Shown: piece after piece, positions 53,774 to 62,862 of the stretch
Numbering within the stretch: the first letter of the stretch is position 1
Layout of the letters: each line of letters starts with the position of its first letter
NCBI GenBank assembly: GCA_963767925.1
Contig: CAVYGB010000002.1
Location: forward strand, 960,001 to 1,024,000
DNA length: 64,000 nt
Direction: 5' to 3'
From: an uncultured delta proteobacterium
GTDB taxonomy: Bacteria > Myxococcota_A > Polyangia > Fen-1088
The notes under the pieces: model-generated
The model's input: only the letters and a program-made list of their open reading frames with translations
Database searches by the model: none
What the model was told of the DNA's origin: nothing
Made by a program: the position numbers and the translations under genes

Positions 53774-54799
53774 ATGCCCGTAAAAACCAAGATGCCCGCT
53801 ATCAAGGCGCCCATGAAGACGATCGCGTTCTTCAACAACAAGGGTGGAGTTGGCAAGACGTCGCTGGTCTATCACCTGGCGTGGATGTTCCGTGAGCTCG
53901 GCCACACGGTTCTGGCCATGGACCTTGATCCACAGTCCAACCTGACGAGCGCGTTCTTGGAAGAGGAAGAGCTGGAACTGCTTTGGCCTCAAGGGGAACA
54001 CGACCAGACCATCCTGGGGACCATCGATCCGCTTATTCAGAGATTGGGCGATATCAGGCCGTTGAAGGCAAAACAAGTCGCAGAGCGGCTCTATCTGGTT
54101 CCCGGCGATCTCGGCCTTAGCCTTTTTGAAGATCGCTTGTCGGAGGCGTGGAGCACGTGCCTTGACGACAACCCTGCCAACGCAGGTGACGGCTTCCGGG
54201 TGATGACTGCGTTCTACCGGGTTGTCAAGGCAGCGGGAGAGGCCGAGAAGGCCGATGTAACTCTCATCGATGTCGGGCCGAATGTCGGCGCCATGAATCG
54301 CGCCGCGCTGGTGGCCGCGGACTACGTGGTGATTCCCTTGGGCGCTGATCTCTTCTCGCTTCAAGGATTGCGAAACCTGGGTCCAACCCTTAGGAATTGG
54401 CGTAGCGGCTGGACCAAGCGTAGGGAGGGCCAAGTTCCTGCCAATCTCTTGATCCCAGGCGGTGCCATGAAACCGATTGGCTACGTCCTCTTGAATCCCT
54501 CCGTGCGCAGCAATCGCCCGGCAAACGCCTACCGTAAGTGGGCGGACCGCATTCCCGCCGTGTATGCGAGCGAAGTGTTGAAGGGTCCGGCGCCGGTAGC
54601 CAGTATTGACGCCGACCCGAATCAGCTCGCAATGATCAAGCACTTCAAAAGCTTGATGCCGATGGCACAGGACGCGCGGAAACCGATGTTTCTGCTCAAG
54701 CCGGCGGACGGCGCCATTGGGGGCCACGCCACGGCCGTGCAGACTTGCTACGCACAATTCCGTGAGTTGGCGCAGCGTATCTTGGTCAAGAGTGTTTGA
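53774..54799 (+). CDS. orphan ParA/Soj-family ATPase
   Basis: FFNNKGGVGKTS deviant Walker A, DLDPQSNLT, IDVGP; alternative start 53813; lower GC. Confidence 0.92.
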   Translation: MPVKTKMPAIKAPMKTIAFFNNKGGVGKTSLVYHLAWMFRELGHTVLAMDLDPQSNLTSAFLEEEELELLWPQGEHDQTILGTIDPLIQRLGDIRPLKAKQVAERLYLVPGDLGLSLFEDRLSEAWSTCLDDNPANAGDGFRVMTAFYRVVKAAGEAEKADVTLIDVGPNVGAMNRAALVAADYVVIPLGADLFSLQGLRNLGPTLRNWRSGWTKRREGQVPANLLIPGGAMKPIGYVLLNPSVRSNRPANAYRKWADRIPAVYASEVLKGPAPVASIDADPNQLAMIKHFKSLMPMAQDARKPMFLLKPADGAIGGHATAVQTCYAQFRELAQRILVKSV

Positions 54800-54987
54800 T
54801 CCCGATGCCCCGACCACCGACGGTGGCCCACCCGCGCCCGCTGACCATCACCTGGATGGCGGCAGGACCGCCGCCCGTCGCGCGCAAGAAAACATCACGC
54901 TTCGCGCGAATCTGACGTATTTTGGGCCCGCTTGACGCTCGCGGAGTGGCCGCGGGCGCTGCCCGCGCCTTCACCGAAGAGGCAGAC

Positions 54988-55563
54988 ATGAGCACCGGTC
55001 CCATCCTGCAATCCCGTCCCGACGGCACCTGTCCCACAGCGCTCGACCCGGAGCCTGGCGCCGCCGGACCCGGTCCGCCAGCTCCGCCGGCCAGCGATGC
55101 CGCCGGCCCCCGGGCCAGCGCCCGTCAGACCAGCGATGGCTTCGACGTCGAGGTGGCGCTGTACCGGGACGAGGGCGCCTTTGGCCTCGAGAGCGAGGCC
55201 CTGGTCTTCTCCGCCAGGAAGAGCGGCGAAGCGGTGACGGTGGAAGGCGCGGTCGCCCGTGCGCAGATCGACGGCCGTTTGACCAGCGTCTCTGCCGAGG
55301 CGCTGAGCTTCAAGGCCAGCGCCGGTACGGTCAACCCGGACGGCAGCGTTGGCCGAAACGTGGCCCTCGGCACGACGATCGTGGGCCTGGAAGGCACGCT
55401 CAAGCTCGGCGCCAACAGCGTGACGGGCGGCATCTCCGCGGGCGCCGGCGTCGAGCTCGGGATCGGGACGCGCGACTTCGACAAGGACAACCGCCCGGAG
55501 TTCTGCGCCCGGGTCTCGGCGCTGATCCTCACGATTGGCTTTTGCATCGAGGATCCCCTGTGA
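54988..55563 (+). CDS. hypothetical Gly-rich beta-strand protein
   Basis: GAGG RBS; NPDGSVG, GISAGAGVELGIG, DFDKDNRPEFC..FCIEDP. Confidence 0.7.
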   Translation: MSTGPILQSRPDGTCPTALDPEPGAAGPGPPAPPASDAAGPRASARQTSDGFDVEVALYRDEGAFGLESEALVFSARKSGEAVTVEGAVARAQIDGRLTSVSAEALSFKASAGTVNPDGSVGRNVALGTTIVGLEGTLKLGANSVTGGISAGAGVELGIGTRDFDKDNRPEFCARVSALILTIGFCIEDPL

Positions 55564-56087
55564 AGCCCATCCTGATCGACGACACCGCGCTGGCCGCGCT
55601 CGGCCAGGCGGGCCATCGCTGGAACGAGGGCCGGGCCGCGGGCGTCCGGTACCGGTGGCTGCTGCCGCCTGACTGGGTGCTGGCCGGCACGCTGCCCGAG
55701 AATCAGAGCAAGGGCCTGGAGCCGGTATGCGGGGCGGGCGACCGCGCGGGCCGGGTGACCGCCGTCCTGACTGTCGCCCGAACCTCGGACCCGCCCGCGA
55801 CCCTTGTCGCCCGGGGGGCCAGCGGGGGAGCCCAGCTCACCACCTTTCGGTCTCGCAACGGCCCGGGCGCCGAGCGCGTCGAGGAGAATGGCGGCCTCAC
55901 GACCGTCACCACCGCCCACGCGTTCGCCGCGGCGGGAGGACCGCTGCGCTTCCTCATCGCGGCCCGCGGGCCCAGCGACCCGGAGACCGTCACCCGGCTG
56001 CGAACCCTGGGTGTGGCGCTGTCCCTGATCGACGAGGTGGACGCGACGATCGATCGCCTTCGCCTCGGCGGCCGCCTGACCGGGTAG
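55560..56087 (+). CDS. hypothetical protein
   Basis: GTGA overlap with the upstream stop; WLLPPDW motif. Confidence 0.6.
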   Translation: MKPILIDDTALAALGQAGHRWNEGRAAGVRYRWLLPPDWVLAGTLPENQSKGLEPVCGAGDRAGRVTAVLTVARTSDPPATLVARGASGGAQLTTFRSRNGPGAERVEENGGLTTVTTAHAFAAAGGPLRFLIAARGPSDPETVTRLRTLGVALSLIDEVDATIDRLRLGGRLTG

Positions 56088-56090
56088 AAC

Positions 56091-56549
56091 ATGGCCGGGC
56101 CGAGACGGTTGCACAGCGTGGGGACACACCTGGCGATGCGCGGCGTGTTCGGCTTTGCGCTCGCCCTGGGCGTCACCGCGGTGATCACCGCGGTGGTGCT
56201 GCGGGCGACCGAGGTCGCGGATCTGATCGGCTGCGCGTGGTTCATCGCCTTTCCGGCCATCATCGGTCGGATCGTGCTGCGGACGCGGCCGGTGTGGCTG
56301 GACGGGGACTACCTGCAGGTCGGCAAGGGGCCTTGGCGAAGGCGGATCCACTGCCTGGCCGTTGTCGATGCCGAACATCCCCACTGGGCCCGTCGAGATG
56401 ACCGGATCATGTTGCCCCTGAAGGTGACCCTGCGGGGGGACAAGCCGGTCTTCTTCTTTCCCGCCTACGGCGCGACGGACCTGATCTTCGGCGCCCGCCG
56501 CCACGCCCGCGACCTCGCCGAAGCCGAAGCCGGCGGCGCAACGGAGTAG
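56091..56549 (+). CDS. hypothetical 2-TM protein with soluble C-terminal domain
   Basis: Starts 3 nt after the upstream stop; two hydrophobic helices then VWLDGDYLQV. Confidence 0.7.
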   Translation: MAGPRRLHSVGTHLAMRGVFGFALALGVTAVITAVVLRATEVADLIGCAWFIAFPAIIGRIVLRTRPVWLDGDYLQVGKGPWRRRIHCLAVVDAEHPHWARRDDRIMLPLKVTLRGDKPVFFFPAYGATDLIFGARRHARDLAEAEAGGATE

Positions 56550-56951
56550 TCCCCATCCGTCGATGAACCGCGAGCCGACCCGCGCCTCGGACCAGGGGGA
56601 ATTCTAACCTCGAGGGGGCGGCGGCAGCGGAAGCCGGACCGGAACCCCACCTGGTCCGCCGCCGCCGAGTGGGACTTGCAAGCTGTCGCGCCTCTGATCC
56701 GCCGCGCCCGGGCGTCGGTCTCGTCCAGGCGAAGGGTCCGCGAGCGCCGCCAGCGTCCGATCCAGGTCAGGCCCCACGGTCCCCCGGCGAACGCAGGCGC
56801 TGCATGAACCACCAGTGGTGCCCTTCCAGGTCCTCCGCCCGGTAGCTCCGATCGCTCCAGTATTCGGACGGACAGACTTCCTCACGTCACCCGGGCCGAC
56901 CGGGACGGCGCCACCGCCGACCCGGTCGGCGGGTCGGTCAGGCGACCTCGA

Positions 56952-57596
56952 TCAGGGAGATGGCCGGTTGAACCCGCCCTGGAGGCGCCACTCGAAGGTC
57001 AGCTCGGCGTCGCGGCAGGTCGGGCAGGATACGGCCGCATCGGCCAGAGCGGCCGCGACGCAATCACGGAAAGGTGGATCGATGTTTCCCTCGAAGACGT
57101 CGCCTACCTCGGGCTCCTGCAGGCGCATCCGTCCTTCGCGGATCACGCCGGTCAGCACCAGGCTCAGGTCGACAATCCGGCCGTGCTCGCCGGATCGGAC
57201 GACCATCTGTTCCCCACAGGCCATCACCCGCTGCGAGCCGAGGATGGTCGCCTCGAGGTTGCGGGCCAGCGATCTCGGCTCGGACGTCACGCCAGAAAAG
57301 GTGTGCATCGCCCCTCTGAGGGTGTCCTCCGGAGACTTGCGAGGCCTGGCGTCCGGGGATGGCGAGGCAGTCGCGAGGCTAGACAACTTCAACACGAGTC
57401 TCGTCGAGGTCGGATCCACCAAGATGGGCTCGTCGACCAGGGGGACCGACCGCTTGAGCAACGCAGGCCGGAAATAGATCGACGCCTGGTCGACGTTGTC
57501 GGCGGCGTTCGAATCATCGCCGAGCACCTGGAGCAACACCAACCCCACCACCGCGCCTGCCGCCAGCGCCATCAGGTGAGGAGCCGCCGCTTTCAT
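56952..57596 (-). CDS. hypothetical membrane-anchored protein with Cys-paired C-terminal domain
   Basis: ATGA overlap; TM LMALAAGAVVGLVLL; VMACGE..FRDCVAAAL..CPTC..LTFEW. Confidence 0.7.
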   Translation of the reverse strand: MKAAAPHLMALAAGAVVGLVLLQVLGDDSNAADNVDQASIYFRPALLKRSVPLVDEPILVDPTSTRLVLKLSSLATASPSPDARPRKSPEDTLRGAMHTFSGVTSEPRSLARNLEATILGSQRVMACGEQMVVRSGEHGRIVDLSLVLTGVIREGRMRLQEPEVGDVFEGNIDPPFRDCVAAALADAAVSCPTCRDAELTFEWRLQGGFNRPSP

Positions 57597-58233
57597 CGGG
57601 GGGCCCACACCTTGTAGTTGGGAGCTCTCCATCGGAAGATCCCGTCCGTTGCACCTTCTGCCGGGAACGAATGGCGCATCCATTCCTCAGCATCCCAAAG
57701 GCAGCGCATCAACTCGTCGTCCCCGCCTTCGAGCGCGTCGCGCGCGGTCACCCGCGCGACCTGGTTTTTCACCTCGATCGTGTAGGCCATCGTAATGTTC
57801 ACAGGGGTGTCCTCCAGGCCCTGTCGTCGGACGAAGCCCTCACCGCAGCTTCTCCACGCTTTGACCACCTTGGGGTCGCGATAGTGCTTCTTTCCCTCGG
57901 CGGCAAAAGAAGGAATCAGCGTCGGACTGCGATCGTAGATCTCGCTGACGTCCTGGACCGGAATCCCGTCCGTCCCCGCTGCCACGGCCGGCGCCGGCAG
58001 GAACGCTGAGGGAACCCGAGGGGATTTGGTTCCGGTCGTCCTGGCGAGGTCGTCTGTTGGCTGCCTGGCCTCATGGCGACTGACGCCGCCCACCTGCCCC
58101 GGCCGCGCCTCGCTTGATTCGGCGGAGGCCGCAGGGCTCGGACCGCGGTACGACCGGAGAGGATAAGGACGACGAAAGAGACCCGAACCCAGGATCGGTG
58201 ACGTTTCGTCGAAGCAGGCTTTGACTGGCCCAT
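57593..58233 (-). CDS. hypothetical membrane-anchored protein, probable frameshift between 58150 and 58020
   Basis: GAGG RBS and MGQSKP..WVRVSFVVLILSG in one frame; WRSCGE..LMRCLW..IFRW in another. Confidence 0.55.
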
Positions 58234-58289
58234 CTATTCCCTCTTGCTCTCCCCGTTTTGAAGTCGCTCCCCCACGTTGGCACTGGCGA

Positions 58290-58305
58290 AGCAATCGCAG
58301 TGCCA
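58290..58305 (-). promoter_or_regulatory. sigma-54 promoter
   Basis: Minus strand TGGCACTGCGATTGCT (TGGCAC-N5-TTGCT), about 57 nt upstream of ATG 58233; overlaps palindrome TGCCACGTGGCA (58301-58312). Confidence 0.65.
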
Positions 58306-58481
58306 CGTGGCAAATAACAATTATGAGGAGCAGCATCGACGAAAATCCCGATTTTCTGCGGTCGAGATCGCGACGCTCATCTCGAACCGGGTGTCGGTTT
58401 CATCGCCGGAAACGTAACCGATGGTCTCTTGAACCGGGTGAAGGCAGGCCGCGACCACCTGCATGCGGGGACCGGGGCTCC

Positions 58482-59490
58482 TCAGAGAGGGCGGTACATC
58501 CAGATGCTGGGGATCTCGATCCCGAAGCCGGCCTTGCGGTAGGCGCGGCGGGCGGGGGCGTGGCTGGGGTCGCCGCCGGTGCCGACGGTGGCCACGGTCA
58601 TGCCGGCCTCCTTCATGCGTTTCGCCGCGAGCTGGTACATCGCGGTGCCGAACCCCTGGCCGGCGTGGACGGGGTCGACGGCGTTGAGGCCGATCTCGCC
58701 GATCCGGCGCTCGCGGTCGAGGCGGATCGACACGAAGCCCACGACCACCTCGCCGGATCGGGCGACAAGCAGCTCCCAGCCCGAGTCGGCCTTCATCAGC
58801 GATTCAAGCAGGCCCGCCTGCGCCTCGTCCTCTCGCCGTTGCGTCTGCTCGTACAGGCCCTCGCCGAGGATCGCGCGGAAGGAGGCGAACACGGGGGCGA
58901 AGGCGGCCCGGCGGATGGCCTGCAAACGGGTGACATGCTCGGGGCGGGCCGCGGCGAGGTCGAGCGCGGGCCCGGGTGACGGCCGGGGGGCGCTCGCGCG
59001 AGCGGGGACCGCGGCGGCGCTGGCCGCGATCGACTGGGCGGCGGGGGGGCCGACCTTGACCGACAGCTCACCCACCGTGGCCGCGTCGATGTGGGCCGAG
59101 CGAAAGCCGTTGGCGGGATCGCGCACCCAGGCCCGGTAGTCGGCGTGGTCGGCGGGAAAGACGGCGGCGTTCCCGCACAGGGCCACCGCGCCGGGGCGCA
59201 TGTGCGGCGCCACGAGCTGCAGCACCGGCAAGGTGAAGCGGGGAAAGCCATCGTTGAGGAGGAGATCGACCGGACCTTCCAGCTCGCGCAAGGTCTCGCA
59301 GGCGTCGCCCACCCGGATCTCGACGAGCTCGCTCAGGCCCGCCTCCTCGAGGTTGGCCCGGGACCGGGCGGCCTTTTCGGGCACGAGCTCGGTGCTCACC
59401 ACCCGACCGCCCCCGCTGTCTCGCACCGCCAGGGCGAGGTAGATGGTCGAGATCCCGAAGGAGGTGCCGACCCCGCCGCCCGGCGCGCAC
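58482..59490 (-). pseudogene. 5'-truncated class I SAM O-methyltransferase fused to a GNAT domain
   Basis: VGTSFGISTIYLA, STELVPEK, RVGDACETL; GNAT NAVDPVHAGQGFG, GGDPSHAPARRAYRKAGF; N-terminus missing. Confidence 0.75.
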
Positions 59491-59500
59491 CCCCCTCCGG

Positions 59501-60090
59501 CCCCGAAAAACCCCGCAGCAGGAGCGTTCGCGGCGCATGGACGAGGATCTGCTGGAGGCGGCAGCTCGCGTTCTGGCCCGGGAGGGCGCCGCGCGGTTCA
59601 CCACCAACCGGGTGGCCGAGGCGGCGGGCGTGAGCGTCGGCTCGCTCTATCAGTACTACCCCAACAAGGCCGCCCTGCTGCTGCGGCTGCACGAGCGCGA
59701 GGCCGAGCGGCTCTGGACCGAGCTGAACGCGGTGCTCGACGACCGGGCCACCGCGCCGGGCGAGCGACTCGCCCGGATCGTGCACGGCTTTTTCCAGGTC
59801 CAGGGCGCCGCCGCCGACCACCACCTCGCGCTGCAGGAGGCCCAGGCGCTCATCTCCGACACGCCCGGCTTCCAGGCCAGGCCTTCGAGGACCGGGTGGC
59901 CGCGCGCCTCGCTGCCTTCCTGCGCGAGGCCGGCTGTCCGGCGAGCGAGGCCACCTTCCTGGCGGGCTTCACCTTCACGGTCCTGACCGGGATCGGCGAG
60001 CGGATCGGCACCCGGCGCCGGTCGCGGCGCGAGCTCGACCGCCTGGCGGAGGCCACCACCCGCATGTTGATCGGGTTCCTGAGGCTGTGA
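59501..60090 (+). pseudogene. TetR-family regulator, damaged 5' end and frameshift near 59878
   Basis: PQQERSRR..LLEAAARVL..TTNRVAEAAGVSVGSLYQYYPNK; duplicated CCAGG shifts frame; ends RMLIGFLRL. Confidence 0.8.
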
Positions 60091-60110
60091 CCGGGCCTCG
60101 AGAGCGGCGG

Positions 60111-62738
60111 CTAGAGCTTGATGTTCTCCTCGGGGGGCGGGAGGAACTCGGAGGGGAGCGAGATCGCGGCGTCGGCCGGGGGGCGGGGGGCCTCCTGGCT
60201 CTGGGCGGGCATGGTGGCCGAGGTGGACTGGGCGGGCATGGTGGCGGAGATGGAGCGGGCCGCTACCACCTCGGGGTCGTTGTCGAGGGCGCGGGAGACG
60301 TCGTCGACCTTGCGCTCCCAGTCGAGGTTGATGGCGATGACGTGGGCCTTCTTCTTGACCACCACGTGGGTCTTCTCGATCAGCATGTTGCCCACCTGCA
60401 CGCGGAGGATGCGCTGGCCCATCGCCACCTTGAGCACCGCCAGCCCCTCGTCGTTGGTCTTGGTCCCCCTGTCCTTGTCGTTGTCCAGCCAGACCGCCGC
60501 CCCGGCCAGGGGCTTGCTCTTGTCCTGGACCGTGACGTGAAACTCCGCCGAGCTGATGGTGACCGCGAAGCTCACCGTCGAGGACTGCCGGGGGGCCACC
60601 TCGATCGCCACGCAATATTCCTCGCCGCTGAGGATGTGGCCGATCTTGCCGGTCTTGTAGGTGCCGTAAAGGTGCACGAACCAGCGCCCCGGCTTGACCC
60701 GCTCGAAGGTCGTGGTGGCTTCGACGACCCGGGCAAAATGTTTGAGCTTGCTGCGGGCCCCCTTGTCGAACTCCTCGGCGTATTGCTTGGCGTCCGGCAC
60801 CTTGGGGGGGCGGGCCGACTGCGACAGCAGCAAGCTGAAGCGCCGCTCGGTGGCGTCGTTGGCCGCCACCCGCACCGTCACCTCGCCCGCCCGCCGCCAC
60901 ATCCGGATCAGCAGGATCGGGATCAGCAGCGCCGCGGCCAGGGCGATGATCGGCACGGCGTTGACCAGCAGGATGCCGTTGCCCATGCCGGCCACCACGC
61001 CCCGGGTGCGGTAGGCGGTGGCGCTGGCGCCGTCGAAGAGGATCAGCTCCACCTCGACGTCCATGCCGCGCGACTGCGCGCTGTGCACGACAATCAGGTC
61101 GGCGCCCCGCTGCTCGACGAGGTTGCCGAGGTACGGCTCGGTCAGGTTCCCGGGCGTCACCGTCTCCGACCCCGTCCCCGGCGCCACCAGCGACATGTCG
61201 TAGGGCTTGCCCCAGGCCGCCCGCCACAGCCCCAGCTCCAGCCGGGGCCGGCGGACCTGGAAGGGCAGATACCAGGTGGCCTCGCTCTGCTCCTTGGCCA
61301 CCACCACCACCCGCTGCCCGAACTGCTCCTGCAGCACCCCGAAGCTGCTCAGCAGCGTGCGGAGCTGGGCGGCCAGCGGCTCGAGCTCCGGGTCGGCGGG
61401 CTTCACGTCGACCCCGCCCAGCCGCAGCTTCTCCGCCACCCCCACCCGCTTGTCGATCGCCTGCCCGACCGCCTTGCTGGCGCCGGCCGCCCGGGGCCCG
61501 ATCGCGTCGAGCTTGTCCTTGACCGCGTGCAGCTCCGCGCTCTCCAGCTTGTCGGGCTGGGCCAGGGGCAAGGCCCGCTCGACCTGCACGCCGCCCTTCA
61601 GGGCCCGCGTCCCCACCGCCACGGCGATCTCCGGGTCCTTGGCCGCGGTCCGCTCGGCCGCGCCCAGCGCCGCCATCTCGAGCTCGTCAGGCAGGGCGTT
61701 CGGCGGGGCCCCCGACATGAAGGCCAGGGTCGGCCGGGCGTCGCTGTCCGGATCGTTGAGCGCCATGGCCAGCGCCTCGATCTGCTCGTCCTCGCTGACC
61801 TTGCCGGTCAGCCCCTTGCGGTCGGGGGAATAGCGCCGCTTGACCAGCAGCGCGACGTTGGCAGTGGCGGCGAACGGGTCGCGCGACTTCTTGATGCCGT
61901 CGAACTCGTTGATGGCCGCCTCGACGTCGCCCATCCCGGCCAGCGCCCGGACCTTGCCCGCCCGGGCCTGCACGTGGGCCGGCTCGGCCTTGAGGATCTC
62001 CTCGGCGGTCACCCGGGCGCCGCCGTTGTCCCCCGCCAGCAACGACATCTGCATGCGGGCCGGGGGCGCGACCTGGGGGTTGGCGGCCAGCGTCTCGACG
62101 ATCTCCCTGGCCGCGAGGACGGTGGTGCCGGGCCGAGGATCGGCCGCCTGCAAGGTGCCGGCCGCCGCCTGGGCGTCGCCGCCGTTCATCTGGGCCCGGG
62201 CCCGCGCGTAGGGACGCAGCGACTCCAGGGGAACCGGCGGGCGCTCGAGCACGGTCATGCCCAGCCGCACGGCCAGGCGCTCGGCCAGCTTGCGGGCCAG
62301 CTCGTTCAGCTCGCCCCGCGGGACCTGCACCGCCACGCTGCTCAGGCGATCCCCCTCGGGACCGAGCACCTGGCCGCGCACCTCCCAGCGCAGCTCGTCG
62401 ACGGTCAGCCGGCCCAGGAAGGTGCGGTCGGCGGTGAGCCGCTCCATCAGCGGCTTGGCCTGCGCGGGATCGACGATCAGCACCTCCCGGCGGCGCCCGC
62501 CGTTGAGCACCTCGAGCGCCAGCGACAGCTCGCGCGTCGGGACCAGCCCGCGCTGCCCCGGCCCCAGCATCGACCGGACCAGCAGGTCGATCGACCCGGC
62601 CAGCTCGCTCTCCGCGGGCGGGGCCTCGATCGACGAGAGGACGACCCCCACCGGGGCGGCGGCCTCGGCCCGGGCCATCACCTCCAGCCATGCTCCCAGG
62701 AACACCCCGACCCCAAGCAGCGAAAACCGGGCTGGCAC
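60111..62738 (-). CDS. large bitopic protein: signal peptide, helical/TPR-like region, one TM, Ig-like C-terminal domains
   Basis: GGAGG RBS, GTG start; TM AVPIIALAAALLIPILLI; VTVQDKSKPLAGAAV..KTNDEG; duplicated ATMPAQS. Confidence 0.8.
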   Translation of the reverse strand: MPARFSLLGVGVFLGAWLEVMARAEAAAPVGVVLSSIEAPPAESELAGSIDLLVRSMLGPGQRGLVPTRELSLALEVLNGGRRREVLIVDPAQAKPLMERLTADRTFLGRLTVDELRWEVRGQVLGPEGDRLSSVAVQVPRGELNELARKLAERLAVRLGMTVLERPPVPLESLRPYARARAQMNGGDAQAAAGTLQAADPRPGTTVLAAREIVETLAANPQVAPPARMQMSLLAGDNGGARVTAEEILKAEPAHVQARAGKVRALAGMGDVEAAINEFDGIKKSRDPFAATANVALLVKRRYSPDRKGLTGKVSEDEQIEALAMALNDPDSDARPTLAFMSGAPPNALPDELEMAALGAAERTAAKDPEIAVAVGTRALKGGVQVERALPLAQPDKLESAELHAVKDKLDAIGPRAAGASKAVGQAIDKRVGVAEKLRLGGVDVKPADPELEPLAAQLRTLLSSFGVLQEQFGQRVVVVAKEQSEATWYLPFQVRRPRLELGLWRAAWGKPYDMSLVAPGTGSETVTPGNLTEPYLGNLVEQRGADLIVVHSAQSRGMDVEVELILFDGASATAYRTRGVVAGMGNGILLVNAVPIIALAAALLIPILLIRMWRRAGEVTVRVAANDATERRFSLLLSQSARPPKVPDAKQYAEEFDKGARSKLKHFARVVEATTTFERVKPGRWFVHLYGTYKTGKIGHILSGEEYCVAIEVAPRQSSTVSFAVTISSAEFHVTVQDKSKPLAGAAVWLDNDKDRGTKTNDEGLAVLKVAMGQRILRVQVGNMLIEKTHVVVKKKAHVIAINLDWERKVDDVSRALDNDPEVVAARSISATMPAQSTSATMPAQSQEAPRPPADAAISLPSEFLPPPEENIKL

Positions 62739-62862
62739 CGTCCACCCTCCTTGTTCCCTGGCTTCAGACGTACATCGCGGGAAACACCACACCCGGACCC
62801 GCTGTCGAGCCCACCCGTAATCGTCAGGACGGGGCCCCTGCTTGAAGCGGGGCCCGCGCCCG

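Noticed and set aside
53774..54799. Chromosome or plasmid partition locus
   Set aside because: No parB, parS-like palindrome or rep gene recognised; foreign composition
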